Positions 1-12,900 of a DNA stretch of 64,000 bases are shown here, one piece after another. How positions within the stretch are numbered: position 1 is the first letter of the stretch; every line of letters begins with the position of its first letter. Made by a program: the position numbers and the translations under genes. Below the pieces are notes generated by a model that saw only the letters and a program-made list of their open reading frames with translations, was not told the DNA's origin and searched no databases. This DNA comes from Malacoraja senta (lineage: Eukaryota), in the NCBI GenBank assembly GCA_038087875.1, contig CM075995.1, positions 3,784,001 through 3,848,000 of the forward strand, in the 5' to 3' direction.

Positions 1-460
1 TATCCCTTGACTCCACTAGCCCCTAGAGCTCTATCTAACTCTCTCTCTTAAATCCACCCGTGCATTCAACTACAGAAAAAGCAGATGAACACATGGACGG
101 GGTAAACGATTGAAGAAAGTTGGAAGTGTGAGGTCATAAGGTCAAAAGGTCATAATTGATAGGAGTAGAATTAGGCCATTCAGCCCATCACGTACACTCT
201 ACCATTCAATCATGGCTAATCTATCTCTCCTAACCCCATTCTCCTGCCTTCTCCCCATAACCTCTGACACCTGTACTATTCAAGAATCTATCTATCTCTG
301 CCTTAAAAATATCCACTGACTTGGCCTCCACAGCCTTCTGTGGCAAAGAATTCCATAGATTCACCACCCTCTGACTAAATAAATTTCTCCTCATCTCCTT
401 CCTAAAAGAACGTCCTTTAAATCTGAGGCTATGACCTCTAGTCCTAGACTCTCCCACTAG
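1..460 (-). mobile_element. CR1 LINE 3' fragments (1-56 and ~150-460)
   Basis: ORF 230-457 gives the CR1 ORF2 C-terminus (SRTRGHSL..F..EMRRN.FSQRVVNLWNSLP), followed by a CR1 3' UTR. Confidence 0.85.
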
Positions 461-989
461 GGAGAGTTCAATAATGTTTTAGCATCCTCTGTAGACTTAC
501 AGCATTAAACTCACCCTAGTGGCTTTGCAGAGTTAGATTGCGTCCTTCCCAAAATAATAGCACTAGTACACTTGCTCAGAAAACCATCTAACAGTATCTA
601 ATCGCTGGCATTTCAGTGCCTGTTGCAACAGAAGCAGAAACCACTTAACATCTGGCTAGGTGCAGCGGCGTAGGTACACACTTCTTCCTGCAAATCCAAG
701 CCTGTTGAAAGTGAGTGCTGGTATTTAAAGGAATTTGCAAACAGCTCTCGACCTGTTTTTGAGGATAGTTCAGTTTTATTCAGATGGGAGCACTGGGGGG
801 ACTGCCGTGCAGGGGGTGGGAAGAACATTGGACAATGGGAAGTGGGGGGGGGGGAGGGGAGTGAGGGGGTAGAACAATGGACAATGGGGACCCGGCATGG
901 GGGAAACGCTGTGGGGGAAGAGGGGTTAGAGCAAAGGAGGAGCTGACGTACTTTGTAACTTTGTCAGCACAGTAGGTGACTGCAGGTTT

Positions 990-1215
990 TCATACAAAGG
1001 GTGGTGTGTGTATGGAACAAGCTGCCAGATGAATTGTTGTGGCTGGGACAATCCCAACGTTTAAGAAACAGTTAGACAGGTGCATGGATAGGACAAGTTT
1101 GGAGGGATATGTACCAAGCCCAGGCAGGTGGGACATGTAGCTGGGACATATTGGCCAGTGTGAGCAAGTTGGGCTGAAGGGCCTGTTTCCATATTGTATC
1201 ACTCTATGACTCTAT
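990..1215 (+). mobile_element. CR1 LINE 3' tail
   Basis: Ends gggctgaagggcctgtttcc...(actctatg)n like other CR1 tails in the window (14480-14980, 60420-60890). Confidence 0.75.
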
Positions 1216-2227
1216 AGGCCCTGTCCCACTTACGTGTCCTTGGCACGCAAATTACGCGACCTCGTCGTCGCGTTGCGGCGCATGGGCATCATGTGGCTGC
1301 GCAGGGCCAGTCCCACTTAGAAGCGCAGAAGGGTATAGAGTTGTGCGCGGTATCGCGCGGCGCTCCGGGATTTTGTACCGAACGAAATCTTCGTGCGCCT
1401 CCGGCCTAACGGCCCGCGTACGCACGCAGGCGTACTGCGGTCACACGCAGGTGTCTTGACGTCGTACGCGTAGCGCGTGGCGTTGCGTGATGACGTCGCC
1501 GTGCGACGCCCAAAATCAGTCAGCCCGCCTTTTTCGCGTCAGCAATAAAAGCGCGCGCGATTTGAAAATCCTCACCACACTCACCGCGTTTCTTGCCATG
1601 GAGTGAGGGCCTGTTCAGCAATGATATTTTCAGGTTATGAACATCAATTTTAACATGTAGGATTGATCTTGCTAGCTAATACCAGTACATCTGCAAGGAA
1701 CTGCCAGTTTCAACCTTTTAAAAAGCTGGAGGTCAAAGATGCATGTATTCCCTCCACGGAAATCCTAAACTCAATGTCTGATTTGGAATGCTGAATGTGG
1801 AAACAAGGAAAAAAGAGCTAGACAGGTCATCCTCAGCATTGTTTCTCCTTAAGCAAACACCATCAAAAAATGATTAACTGTTCATCCATCTCATTGCTTT
1901 CTATGTGTCGTAAGGAATTGTAGATGCTGGTTTAAAATGAAGATAGACACAAAAAGCTGGAGTAACTCAGCGGGTCAGACAGCATCTCTGGAGAAAAGGT
2001 GTAGGTGACGTTTCGGGTCGTGACCCTTCTTTTGTTTCTTGTTGTTTTGTATCTGTATCTGTATCTCTTCCATGATGATCATGGAATAGCAGCCAGCAAC
2101 CCCCTTTATATGACTAAATGACGTCACGCGCTGTGTGACGCATGGAGATGCGCGAAGGTCGCGCGACCGCCTTTTTCAAGCCTGTCGTGCCAATCGCACG
2201 CAATCGCACGCAAGTGGGACAGGCCCT
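1216..2227. mobile_element. Non-autonomous TIR element (PIF/Harbinger-like MITE, family A)
   Basis: TIRs aggccctgtcccactt / aagtgggacaggccct, tta on the right flank; left arm matches the reverse complement of the right arm of 43030-44585. Confidence 0.75.
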
Positions 2228-2257
2228 TTAGACTATATGATTCTATGATATGTATCA

Positions 2258-3003
2258 CAATCAGAATGCCGTTTATTGTCATTTGAATATAAGTCCAAAC
2301 GAAATTACGTTTCTGCAGTCATGACAACAAACAACAACAAAAACCAAAACACACAATCACACAATTCCACACAAATATCCATCACAGTGAATCCCCAAAC
2401 ACCTCCTCACTGTGATGGAAGGCAAACGTCTTATCTCTTCCCTGTTCTCTGTTCTTATTCTTCACCCGCAGTCAAGCAGTCAAACTGCTGCATCGAGCTG
2501 ATCGAGGCTCTTGATGTTTGATGTTGGAGCCCCACCCGACGGGCGATGGTAAGTCCCGCGGCCATTTAAGCCGCGCTGGGCGATGTAAGGCCCCGCTCCG
2601 GGTCGATTTAAACCCCTCGATTCGGGCGGGAGAAGTTTGCCGTTGCGGGAGCTCCGAAAAGCGGTCTCCCACCAGGGACCCGCGAGCTCCCGATGTTACC
2701 GTCCACAGGGCCTGCAGCCGAAGCCTCCGAAGCTCCAAAGTCAGGCCGCAGCCGCACGCCGCCGCAGCCGTGATGGTGAGTCCGCAGGCCCTGCGACTGG
2801 AGCTCCAGGTTGCTCCCGGTTGGAGGCCGCCATTGTTAGGCCCAACGACAACGGAGACTCGACAAGGAAAAGTCGGGTCCCCGGACAGGGAAGAGGTTAA
2901 AAAGTTTCCCCCACCCCCCGCCCCCCACATATACACAGCAAAAAATAATATAAAAACTAAAACCAAGACATCCACTTAAACACTTAACAGACACAAAAAA
3001 AAA
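2258..3003 (-). mobile_element. GC-rich non-coding retroposed element with 3' hairpin
   Basis: Colinear with 43256-44100; aataaa-containing tail on minus strand; 13-bp stem 2378-2390/2407-2419. Confidence 0.7.
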
Positions 3004-3014
3004 TACATTGGGTA

Positions 3015-4652
3015 GGTATGTTACAATACTTACCTTCAGCAGCGCTGCAATTCTGCCACGGGCCGTGTGCGCGATTTTGGTGCCTTTGAGGGGGGCGGGG
3101 TTAAAACGCAGGTTTTTTCCTACCTTGTCCTGAATTATATTTCGTTGGAGTGCCAGCGTTTGCTGAAAAATCATTCCGACGGGCGTTTTGTGTGTTTTTT
3201 ATTTTTATTCGATCGACAAGTTCAGCGCTGGAGTTATTTTAAAATCAGCTTCGAAAGCCGTCAACGCCGACAACGGGGACGGATTTCACGCACGGGACAG
3301 GTAAACGAAAGCAGTTTATTTTATGTATAAAAGTGCTTCTTAAGAGGCCTTTAATTCACATTGTAAATTGCGAAACGGTGATTCTTTTCCCCGAACTAAC
3401 GGCAGAATTTTTCATGCCGATACGAGGTTAAATTCACCGCAAATCAACGTTCCAAATGATTACGTTCCAGAAAACCCCACTCGCAAGATGATTTAAATGC
3501 CCATTAATTTACAGGTATTAATCATTCAATTCCTTCCAGTTGGCCTGTAAATCCATGACAATGAGATTTAAAAATTATGTTATATTGTGAATTCTTGTGT
3601 GAATGTTATTTGGACACTTAAAGGCCTGTCTCACGAGTCTGCGGTCATTGGCGGCGAAACGGGAAGAATCTGCCGCCATAGACCGCGCACTCGTGAGAAC
3701 GTACAATTCCGGGGCCGTGCGGCGGTGTTCCCAACACTGCACGGTGCTAAAATAAAACCGACAATGTTGAAAACAATAATCTTACCGCACAACCTCCACC
3801 AGTGATGCACGAGTGCGGCACGTCCGCTCGCACGGGCCGCCGCCAGTGTGGCTCGAGCGCCGTGCGTCAAACCTCCACTGCCACAGCCTCCGCCAGTGAG
3901 GCACGTGCCTCCGCCAGTGAGGCATGTGTGCGGCACGGCCGCAGGCACAGCCACCGCTACAGCGCCGCGATCAGGACGGCCGCCGCCACAGCCGCCGCTA
4001 GTGAGTCACGTGCGGCGGGCCGACGTCATCGCAGTCGGCCCGCCCTTTTTTTAACTTACCGCAAGCACGTGGGACCCGCCGTGTTTGAATTACTCGGCCC
4101 CCGCGCAGCATCCGTGCGGCGCTCCAGTGGATAGGCTCGGCGCTCTCGCCGTTGCCGTGCGGTCCCCGCTACCGGCGACGCCGCGCTTCACCGCCGATGA
4201 CCGCAAACAGGTAAGACAGAGCCTTTAGGCTATTTAAAAATGTTAATCTATTCTTAAGAAATTGATAGATGTTTAGATCTAGTAATTGAAGTTTGTAATT
4301 AGCTACAATTAGGTAACTAACTAATTATATGCTTTAAATTCATGTCATCTAAGTAAGATTGTTTCATATTTGATTCAGAATGCTTCAATCTATAATAACT
4401 GAAAATTTCTTTCAGTTCTCTTAATATTTAAGAAAGTTATGGGCTTTTGACTGTCCTCGATCACAGCTTTTGTGTTAAGTCAATGGAAAAGCAATAGGGA
4501 ACAAGATGCTAATTTACGAGTATGAAAATGGCCATAACCTTTTTAATACTGAAGATATGAAAGTGAATTAGGTGTCAAATTAAACTTCTGTTTATGCTTT
4601 ATCTGATGGGATAAATTACAGACTTTATTTTTTAAATCTCAAAATTTTGTAA
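3015..4652. mobile_element. Non-autonomous DNA transposon with short TIRs and a candidate 9-bp TSD
   Basis: Ends (ggt)atgttacaa / ttgtaacat; cattgggta at 3006-3014 and 4653-4661; no transposase ORF. Confidence 0.65.
3621..4224. mobile_element. PIF/Harbinger-like MITE, family B, nested in 3015-4652
   Basis: TTA on both sides (3618-3620, 4225-4227); imperfect TIRs aaggcctgtctcacg..gcggtcattggcgg / ccgccgatgaccgc..gtaagacagagcct; second copy at 56726-57224. Confidence 0.75.
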
Positions 4653-5640
4653 CATTGGGTATTCAAGCAAAGAATTTCGCTGTGCTTTATCACATGTGTC
4701 AATAAAGTATTCCATTCCATTAGGTCAGCATGGAAATAGGCCCTTCAGTTCACTGACTCCATGCCGACCAGTGATCACCTGTACACTTCTTCTTCTTCTT
4801 CTTCTTGCGTATGGCGTGCACAGCCTAAAGTTGTCGGACAACTTGTTCTATTTGATCTTATTTGATTTTGCACGCCGGGTTGATTGCATTAGTCGAAACA
4901 GGGCGGACCACGTGAAGGTTGCAATCTCCCACCCTACCTGTACACTAATTCCATCGTAAAATTTACAGAACCCATTTAATCTACAAACCTGTCACGCCTT
5001 TGGAATGTGCGAGGAAACACAGAGATGGCGCCCAATATGGGCGACTCTTTAAAACCTCTACCATTCACGTCATTCCCTTTATCATGTATCTGTGCACTGT
5101 GGATGGCTCGATTGTAATCATGTATTGTCTTTCCACTGACTGGTTAGCGCGCGGTACATGTGACAAGAAACTAAACTCAAACAAACTCAAACTCAAACCA
5201 GAGCACCTGGAGAAAGCCTGCGCTGTCACAGGGAGAATGTACAGGTACTGTACAGGCAGCACCCGTAGCCAGGATCGAACCCAGTTCTCTGGCACTGCAA
5301 GGCAGCAACTCTACCGCTGTACCACCGTGCCACCCTACAGTTAAGACTGTCCTAAAGAAATGGCAGTGACTCCATGAAACACACTTCCGTTATTCTTATC
5401 TAAGCACATCAGCATTCCTGATCCTACCTGACCGCTGGCTGGTTAGCACGCAACAAATGGTCTTCACTGTATCTCGGTACACGTGACAATAAACTAAACT
5501 GAACTGAACCATTGTGAATAAATTGGGCTTGAAGACATAATTTTATGTTGATTTCTATTTTGGCATTTCATCTAATATGTCAGTAGAGCCAGGTAAGATA
5601 TGGAATTGCTTACATTATATTGTTGGCAGTGCAGTGAGAT

Positions 5641-5962
5641 GAGTTTACAGTTTATTTTAGAGATGCATTGTGGAAACAGGCCCTTTAGTCCATCGAGTAC
5701 ATGCCGACCATCGACCACCCATACACTAGTTCTATGTTATTCCACTTTTGCATTTTACACACTAGGGATAATTTACAGAAGCCAATTAACCTAATACAAG
5801 CCTGCAGGTCTTGGATATGTGACAGGAAACTGGAGCACCCGGAGAAAACCCATGTGGTCACAGGGAGGACGTGCAAACTCCACACAGACAGCACCTGTAG
5901 TCAGGATTGAACCTAGGCCTCTTGCGCGGTGAGGTGACAGTTCTACCGTTGCCACCGTGCCG
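5641..5962 (-). mobile_element. HE1-type tRNA-derived SINE
   Basis: Reverse complement of the gggcggcacggtgg...tctaaaataaa pattern seen at 41586-41903. Confidence 0.8.
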
Positions 5963-6730
5963 CCCCAGCACCACTGTACCGACCCGTGTTGAAGAGTTGA
6001 TTGGGGACAGCACTGAGCTTGCCTCCTCTGCTTCCTCTTCCTACTTTTTCACTTCCTGCTCATCTTCCTCCATCTTCCTGCCCCCTTTTCCTCCTACACT
6101 GTAGCCACTGACCACAGCCTGGGTAACGAAGGCTGAGCTCTTTTGAAGGTGAGATTGCAAGCATACAGCAGGACCACATCCAATTAGAAAGCCGTTCCCA
6201 ACCACCCTGAGCATTCTCCAAAGAGCAGTCATTGTTTGAACATAGTTTGAGCAGGCTGGGACTCTAAACCTTGGAGCGTGAGAGGATGAGGTGTGATCTT
6301 ATAGAGATTTATAAAATCATGAGAGGAATAGATCGGGTAGACGCTTAATCAAATTCCTTGTACTTTGCAAAACTTACTTGGCTAATAAAGTATGATTATT
6401 ATTATTATGATTACGATTACAGGACAGGTTTAGAGGTATATGAACTAAACACAGGCAGATGGGACTAGTGTAGCTGGGACATGTTGGCTGATGTGGGTAA
6501 GTTTGGGCCGAAGGGCCTGTTTCCACACTGTATCACTCTATGACTCTATGACTAACTCATCAGTCATTTGCTCTGATATTTTGAGCATATTTGGTAGTTA
6601 CACCATGGGGTACGTTTGTGGAGGCACAAACCGCATGCACAAAAGATACATCATCAATCAGCAGTCTTTGCTGGTGTAGAGCCTCCCTTCAGTCTGTTCT
6701 AGTGGCTCAGCTTCAGTTAAAACTGTGCAC

Positions 6731-7047
6731 TGTTTAGTTTAGAAATACAGCGTGGAAACAGGTCCTTCGGCCCACCATGTCCACGCCAACCTGCGATCCC
6801 TGCACACTAACACTGTCCTATGCACACTCGTGACAATTTACAATTATACCAGGCAATTAACCTACAAACCTGTACATCTTTGTAATGTGGGAGAAACCGG
6901 AGCTCCCGGAGAAAACCCACGCAGGTCATGGGTAGAAGGTACAAACTCCATGTGGGCAAGCACTGGTAGTCAGCATCGAACCCGGGTCTCTGGCGATGTA
7001 AGGCAGCAGGTCCATTGCAACTCTTCTGCTGCACCACTGTGCCACCC
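6731..7047 (-). mobile_element. HE1-type SINE
   Basis: Same consensus as other copies. Confidence 0.8.
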
Positions 7048-7339
7048 AGTACTGCTGCAAAATATAAATATGACTGGCCCAGATATCGGGAATTCATCTG
7101 CACCATTTGTGGTGTAAGTTCGCACACAGTGCTGGGCATACAAGGCAAGGAACCCCATTCATCTGCAACACGTTTCCCAGTTGATACGTGGTGTCCATAT
7201 ATCAGCGTGCTGGGGTCAATGGCACCTGCGACCATCGAGTATCCTCACTAAGCCATATGCTCGCTCCAGCTGCTGGCATCTGGTAGGAGAGAATGAAACA
7301 TGCTCGGCTCTCTTCAGAGATACAGCATGGAATCAGGCA

Positions 7340-9179
7340 CATAGACATAGACATAGAAAATAGGTGCAGGAGGAGGCCATTCGGCCCTTCGAGCCAGCAC
7401 CGCCATTCATTGTGATCATGGCTGATCGTCCCCTATCAATAACCCGTGCCTGCCTTCTCCCCATATCCCTTAATTCCACTAGCCCTTAGAGCTCTATCTA
7501 ACTCTCTCTTAAATCCATCCAGTGATTTGGCCTCCACTGCCCTCTGTGGCAGGGAATTCCATAAATTCACAACTCTCTGGGTGAAAAAGTTTTTTCTCAC
7601 CTCAGTCTTAAATGACCCCTTTATTCTAAGACTGTGGCCCCCTGGTTCTGGACTCGCCCAACATTGGGAACATTTTTCCTGCATCTAGCTTGTCCAGACT
7701 TTTATAATTTTATATGTTTCTATAAGATCCCCCTCATCCTTCTAAACTCCAGTGAATACAAGCCTAGTCTTTTCAATCTTTCCTCATACGACAGTCCCAC
7801 CATCCCAGGGATCAATCTCGTGAACCTACGCTGCACTGCCTCAATCACAAGGATGTCCTTCCTCAAATTAGGAGACCAAAACTGTACACAATACTCCAGA
7901 TGTGGTCTCACCAGAGCCCTATACAACTGCAGAAGAACCTCTTTACTCCTATACTGAAATCCTCTTGTTATGAAGGCCAACATTCCATTAGCTTTCTTCA
8001 CTGCCTGCTGTACCTGCACGCCAACTTTCAGTGACCAGTGTACAAGGACACCCAGGTCTCGCTGCACCTCCCCCTTACCTAACCTAACCCCATTGAGATA
8101 ATAATCTGCCCCCTTGTTTTTGCCGCCAAAGTGGATAACCTCACATTTATCTATATTATACTTCATCTGCCATGCATCTGCCCACTCACTCAACCTGTCC
8201 AGGTCACCCTGCAACCTCCTAATATCCTCCTCACAGTTCACACTGCCACCCAGCTTTGTGTCATCCATAAACTTGCTAGTGTTGCTCCTAATTCCTCTTC
8301 CAAATCATTAATATATATGGTAAACAGTTGCGGCCCCAACACCGAGCCTTACGGCACTCCACTCGCCACTGCCTGCCATTCTGAAAAGGACCCGTTCACT
8401 CCTACTCTTTGCTTCCGGTCTGCCAACCAATTTTCTATCCATGTCAACACCCTACCCCCAACACCATGTGCTCTAATTTTAGTCACCAGCCTCCCGTGCG
8501 GGACCTTATCAAAGGCTTTCTGAAAGGCTAGATTACACTACATCCACTGGCACCCCTTCATCCATTTTACTTGTCACATCCTCAAAAAATTCCAGGAGAT
8601 TAGTCAAGCATGATTTCCCTTTCATAAATCCATGTTGACTTGGACTAATCCTTTTGCTACTATCCAAATGCCCCATTATTACATCTTTAATAATTGACTC
8701 CAGCATCTTTCCCACCACTGAAGTCAGGCTAACTGGTCTATAATTCCCCGTTTTCTCTCTCGCTCCTTTCTTGAAAAGTGGGAAAACATTAGCTATCCTC
8801 CAATCCACAGGAACTGATCCTGAATCTATTGAACATTGGAAAATGATCATCAATGCATCCACTATTTCTAGAGCCACCTCCCTGAGGACCCTGGGATGCA
8901 GACCATCAGGCCCAGGGGATTTATCATCCTTCAGTCCCATTAGCCTACCCAATACTATTTCTCGCCTAATGAAAATATCTTTCAGTTCCTCTACCCCTTT
9001 AGATCCTCTGTCCTCGAGTACATCTGGGAGATTGTTTGTGTCTTCCTTAGTGAAGACAGATCCGAAGTACCTATTCAACTCTTCTGCCATTTCCTTGGTG
9101 CCCATAATAATTGCACCCATGTCTGCCTTCAAGGGACCCACATTGGACTTTGCTACTCTTTTTCCTTTAACATATCTAA
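7340..9179 (-). mobile_element. 5'-truncated CR1 LINE (RT region, frameshifted)
   Basis: ORFs 8533-9189 (KSPGPDG, NYRPVSLTS, QHGF), 7720-8268 and 7436-7684; (ctatgt)n tail near 7340; sits inside a split HE1 SINE (7315-7340 / 9190-9277). Confidence 0.92.
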
Positions 9180-9382
9180 AGCCAGGCATGAGCCAGGCCC
9201 ATCATGTCCATGCCGACCAGCATCCCTGCATACTAACACTATCCTACACACACTGGGGGCAATTTACAATTTACAATAGAGAGCATCCAGGCTGTACTCA
9301 AAGAAACTGTGGGCGGCAAACCATAAGACCAGCAGACATAGGAGCAGAATTAAGCCATTCAGCCCATTGAGTCCACCTGTTA

Positions 9383-9580
9383 AGTGTGTAGGAAAGAACT
9401 GCAGATGCTGGTTGAAACTGAAGATAGACACAAAAAACTGGAGTAACTCAACAGGACAGGCAGCATCTCTGGAGAGAAGGAATGGGTAACGTTTCGGGCC
9501 TGAAAAAGGTTGTTGACATTCCTTCTCTCCAGAGAATGCTGGTGTCCCACTGAGTTACTCCAGCTATTTGTGTCTATATT
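9383..9580. repeat. Fold-back Penelope-terminal-repeat-derived element
   Basis: agatagacac..ctggagtaactca..ctctggagagaaggaatg followed by its reverse complement. Confidence 0.7.
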
Positions 9581-9810
9581 GAGTCTACCTGCTAACACCA
9601 GTTGTATATGTGTATGGCTCATTATATTTATGTCTAGCATTATCTTCTTAAGTTCATAATTTCATAAGTTATAGGAGTAAAATTAGGCCATTTGGCCCCT
9701 CAAGTCTACTTCATAGATACATAGATACATAGAAAATAGGTGCAGGAGTAGGCCATTCGGCCCTTCGAGCCTGCACCGCCATTCAATATGATCATGGCTG
9801 ATCATCCAAC

Positions 9811-11862
9811 TCAGTATCCCGTACCTGCCTTCTCTCCATACCCCCTGATCCCCTTAGCCACAAGGGCCACATCTAACTCCCTCTTAAATATAGCCAATGA
9901 ACTGGCGTCAACTACCCTCTGTGGCAGAGAGTTCCAGAGATTCACCACTCTCTGTGTGAAAAAGTTTTTCCTCATCTCGGTCTTAAAGGATTTCCCCCTT
10001 ATCCTTAAGCTGTGACCCCTTGTCCTGGACTTCCCCAACATCGGGAACAATCTTCCTGCATCTAGCCTGTCCAACCCCATAAGAATTTTATACGTTTCTA
10101 TAAGATCCCCTCTCAATCTCCTAAATTCTAGCGAGTATAAGCCAAGTCTATCCAGTCTTTCTTCATATGAAAGTCCTGACATCCCAGGAATCAGTCTGGT
10201 GAACCTTCTCTGCACTCCCTCTATGGCTATAATGTCCTTCCTCAGATTTGGAGACCAAAACTGTACGCAATACTTCAGGTGTGGTCTCACCAAGACCCTG
10301 TACAACTGCAGTAGAACCTCCCTGCTCCTATACTCAAATCCTTTTGCTATGAAAGCTAACATACCATTCGCTTTCTTCCCTGCCTGCTGCACCTGCATCC
10401 CTACTTTCAATGACTGGTGTACCATGACACCCAGATCTCGCTGCATCTCCCCATTTCCTAATCGGCCACCATTTAGATAATAGTCTGCTTTCCTGTTTTT
10501 GCCACCAAAGTGGATAACCTCACATTTATCCACATTATCCTGCATCTGCCAAACATTTGCCCACTCACCCAGCCTATCCAAGTCACCTTGCAGTCTCCTA
10601 GCACCCTCCTCACAGCTAACACTGCCCCCCAGCTTAGTGTCATCCGCAAACTTGGAGATGTTGCCTTCAATTCCCTCATCCAGCTCATTAATATAAATTG
10701 TAAATAGCTGGGGTCCCAGCACTGAGCCTTGCGGTACCCCTCTAGTCACTGCCTGCCATTGTGAAAAGGACCCGTTTACTCCTACTCTTTCCTTCCTGTT
10801 TGCCAGCCAGTTCTCTATCCACATCAATACTGAACCCCCAATACCGTGTGCTTTAAGTTTGTATACTAATCTCTTATGTGGTACCTTGTCGAAAGCCTTC
10901 TGAAAGTCCAGATAGAACACATCCACTGGTTCTCCCCTATCCACTCTACTAGATACATCCTCGAAAAATTCTATGAGATTCGTCAGACATGATTTACCTT
11001 TCGTAAATCCATGCTGACTTTGTCCAATGATTTTACCACTTTCCAAATGTGCTGCTATCCCATCTTTAATAAGTGACTCTAGCAGTTTCCCCACTACCGA
11101 AGTTAGACTAACTGGTCTGTAATTCCCCGTTTTCTCTCTCCCTCCCTTCTTAAAAAGTGGGGTTACGTTTGCTACCCTCCAATCCTCAGGAACTACTCCA
11201 GAATCTAAAGAGTTTTGAAAAATTATCACTAATGCATCCACTATTTCTGGAGCTACTTCCTTAAGTATTCTGGGATGCAGCCTATCTGGCCCTGGTGATT
11301 TATCGGCCTTTAATCCATTCAATTTACCCAACACCACTTCCCTACTAACCTGGATTTCACTCAGTTCCTCCATCTCCTTTGACCCGCGGCCTCCTGCTAT
11401 TTCCGGCAGATTATTTATGTCTTCCTTAGTGAAGACGGAACCAAAGTAGTTATTCAATTGGTCCGCCATATCCTTGTTCCCCATGATCAATTCACCCGTT
11501 TCTGACTGCAAGGGACCTACATTTGTTTTAACTAATCTCTTTCTCTTCACATATCTATAAAAACTTTTGCAGTCAGTTTTTATGTTCCCTGCCAGTTTCC
11601 TTTCATAATCTATTTTCCCTTTCCTAATTAAGCCCTTTGTCCTCCTCTGCTGGTCTCTGAATTTCTCCCAGTCCTCTGGTATGCTGCTTTTTCTGGCTAA
11701 TTTGTACGCATCACCTTTTGCTTTGATACTATCCCTGATTTCCCTTGTTATCCACGGATGCACTACCTTCCCTGATTTATTCTTTTGCCAAACTGGGATG
11801 AACAATTTTTGTAGTTCATCCATGCAGTCTTTAAATGCCTTCCATTGCATATCCACCGTCAA
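9811..11862 (-). pseudogene. CR1 ORF2 reverse transcriptase portion (683 aa open)
   Basis: KSPGPD, NYRPVSLTS, QHGF, DFQKAFDKV, GVPQGSVLGP, FADD motifs. Confidence 0.93.
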
Positions 11863-11892
11863 CCCTTTTAGAACTAATTGCCAGTCAATCTT

Positions 11893-12900
11893 AATAATAA
11901 TAATAATGAATTTTATTTACGGGCGCCTTATACCAAGGTCTCAAGGACACCTTACAGAGATTTATAGGAAACATATAATCAGAATTAAAAAAATAAGTTA
12001 TAAAGACCAATACACAAATCAGGGAGAGAATTCCTTCCAAAAACACAAAAAAGAAAATCAGAAGCACAATTTGAGGAGAGAGCAGCGGCAGCGAAGCCGC
12101 GCCAGCGTCCACTCTCCCCTCCGACCGCCATCTTGAACACAGACTAACAAATACAATTACAAACAATTACATACAAAAATCATCCCCCCACAATGATTTC
12201 CACTGTGGGGGAAGGCACAATGTCCAGTCCCCAGCCCCAGTTCACCCAAAAAAGTCAGGCCAAATGAAGCTCCCGCTATTGCCTCTACGGAGGCCCAATG
12301 ATCCTGGCCGTTCTCGCCGGGTGATGTAGCCCCGGCGTCGGGAGAGTCCTCTAGCGGTTGGGCCACCTGGAACGGTCGCATCCCTCACCGGAGGCCGCAA
12401 CTACGGCTGGAACGGCCGATTTCCCACAGGCGTCCGCAGCACCTGAAGCCGACAAGGCCGCGCCGATTTGGAGCGGATGGTCGCTCCACAGTCCCGCAGC
12501 CCGGAGGTGTTGAGCTCGGCGGTCCAGCTCACCGGAGCTCCAGCGAGTCGATCCAGCGCGGCGACCCAGGCAAGGCATCGCCCGCTCCGCTGCGCAATAG
12601 TGCTCCAGCGCCGTGCCGCCACCGAAGCTGAGGGTGCTGTGCGGTCCCCGCCAGGAAACGCCGCTCCACGCCCGCTGGTAGGCCGCGAGGACGGGTCGAC
12701 TGGGCAGCCGGAGAGAAGGCTGCCTCACCGACCAGGTAGGGACCGGGAAGTGATTTCTCCTTCATCCCCTTGATCCCCCTACATCAAAAGGCAAAATAAA
12801 GAAAAACAGAGACTTAAAGAAAACTAAAAAACTTGGAAAAAAAAGTACAATTAACGGACGACTGCTGTTTGGCAGCCGTTCCTCAAGATGGCTCCTCCTC
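11893..12900 (-). mobile_element. Composite GC-rich non-coding element with (att)n tail inserted in CR1
   Basis: Minus 3' end tgtaaggtgtccttgag..aaggcgcccgtaaataaa..(att)n; internal caagatggcgg at ~12125-12135; hairpin 12183-12216; ctt repeated at the junctions. Confidence 0.7.

Larger units (their letters stand above)
5990..9320 (-). pseudogene. Fragmented PIF/Harbinger (HARBI1-like) DDE transposase fossil
   Basis: Colinear minus-strand pieces: FAAH..DALY (9276-9320); KRAEHVSF..QQLERAYG, MVAGAID, VC..MVQMNSRYLGQS (7050-7314); CCML(H)NL..RAQP plus acidic tail (~6020-6170); separated by SINE/CR1 insertions. Confidence 0.6.

Noticed and set aside
613..828. 71-aa ORF or possible exon in unique sequence
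   Set aside because: No recognisable homology or convincing splice-site pair; runs into low-complexity G tracts.
2472..2979. Overlapping 150-200 aa ORFs in GC-rich elements (also 12351-12773, 43298-43912, 44808-45298, 55845-56429)
   Set aside because: Open on both strands, Arg/Pro/Ala-rich, no domain motifs and frames not preserved between homologous copies: stop-codon scarcity in GC-rich repeats.
8771..9370. Antisense ORFs over CR1 copies (also 8131-8523, 13211-13552, 30396-30764)
   Set aside because: Shadow frames of the LINE ORF2.
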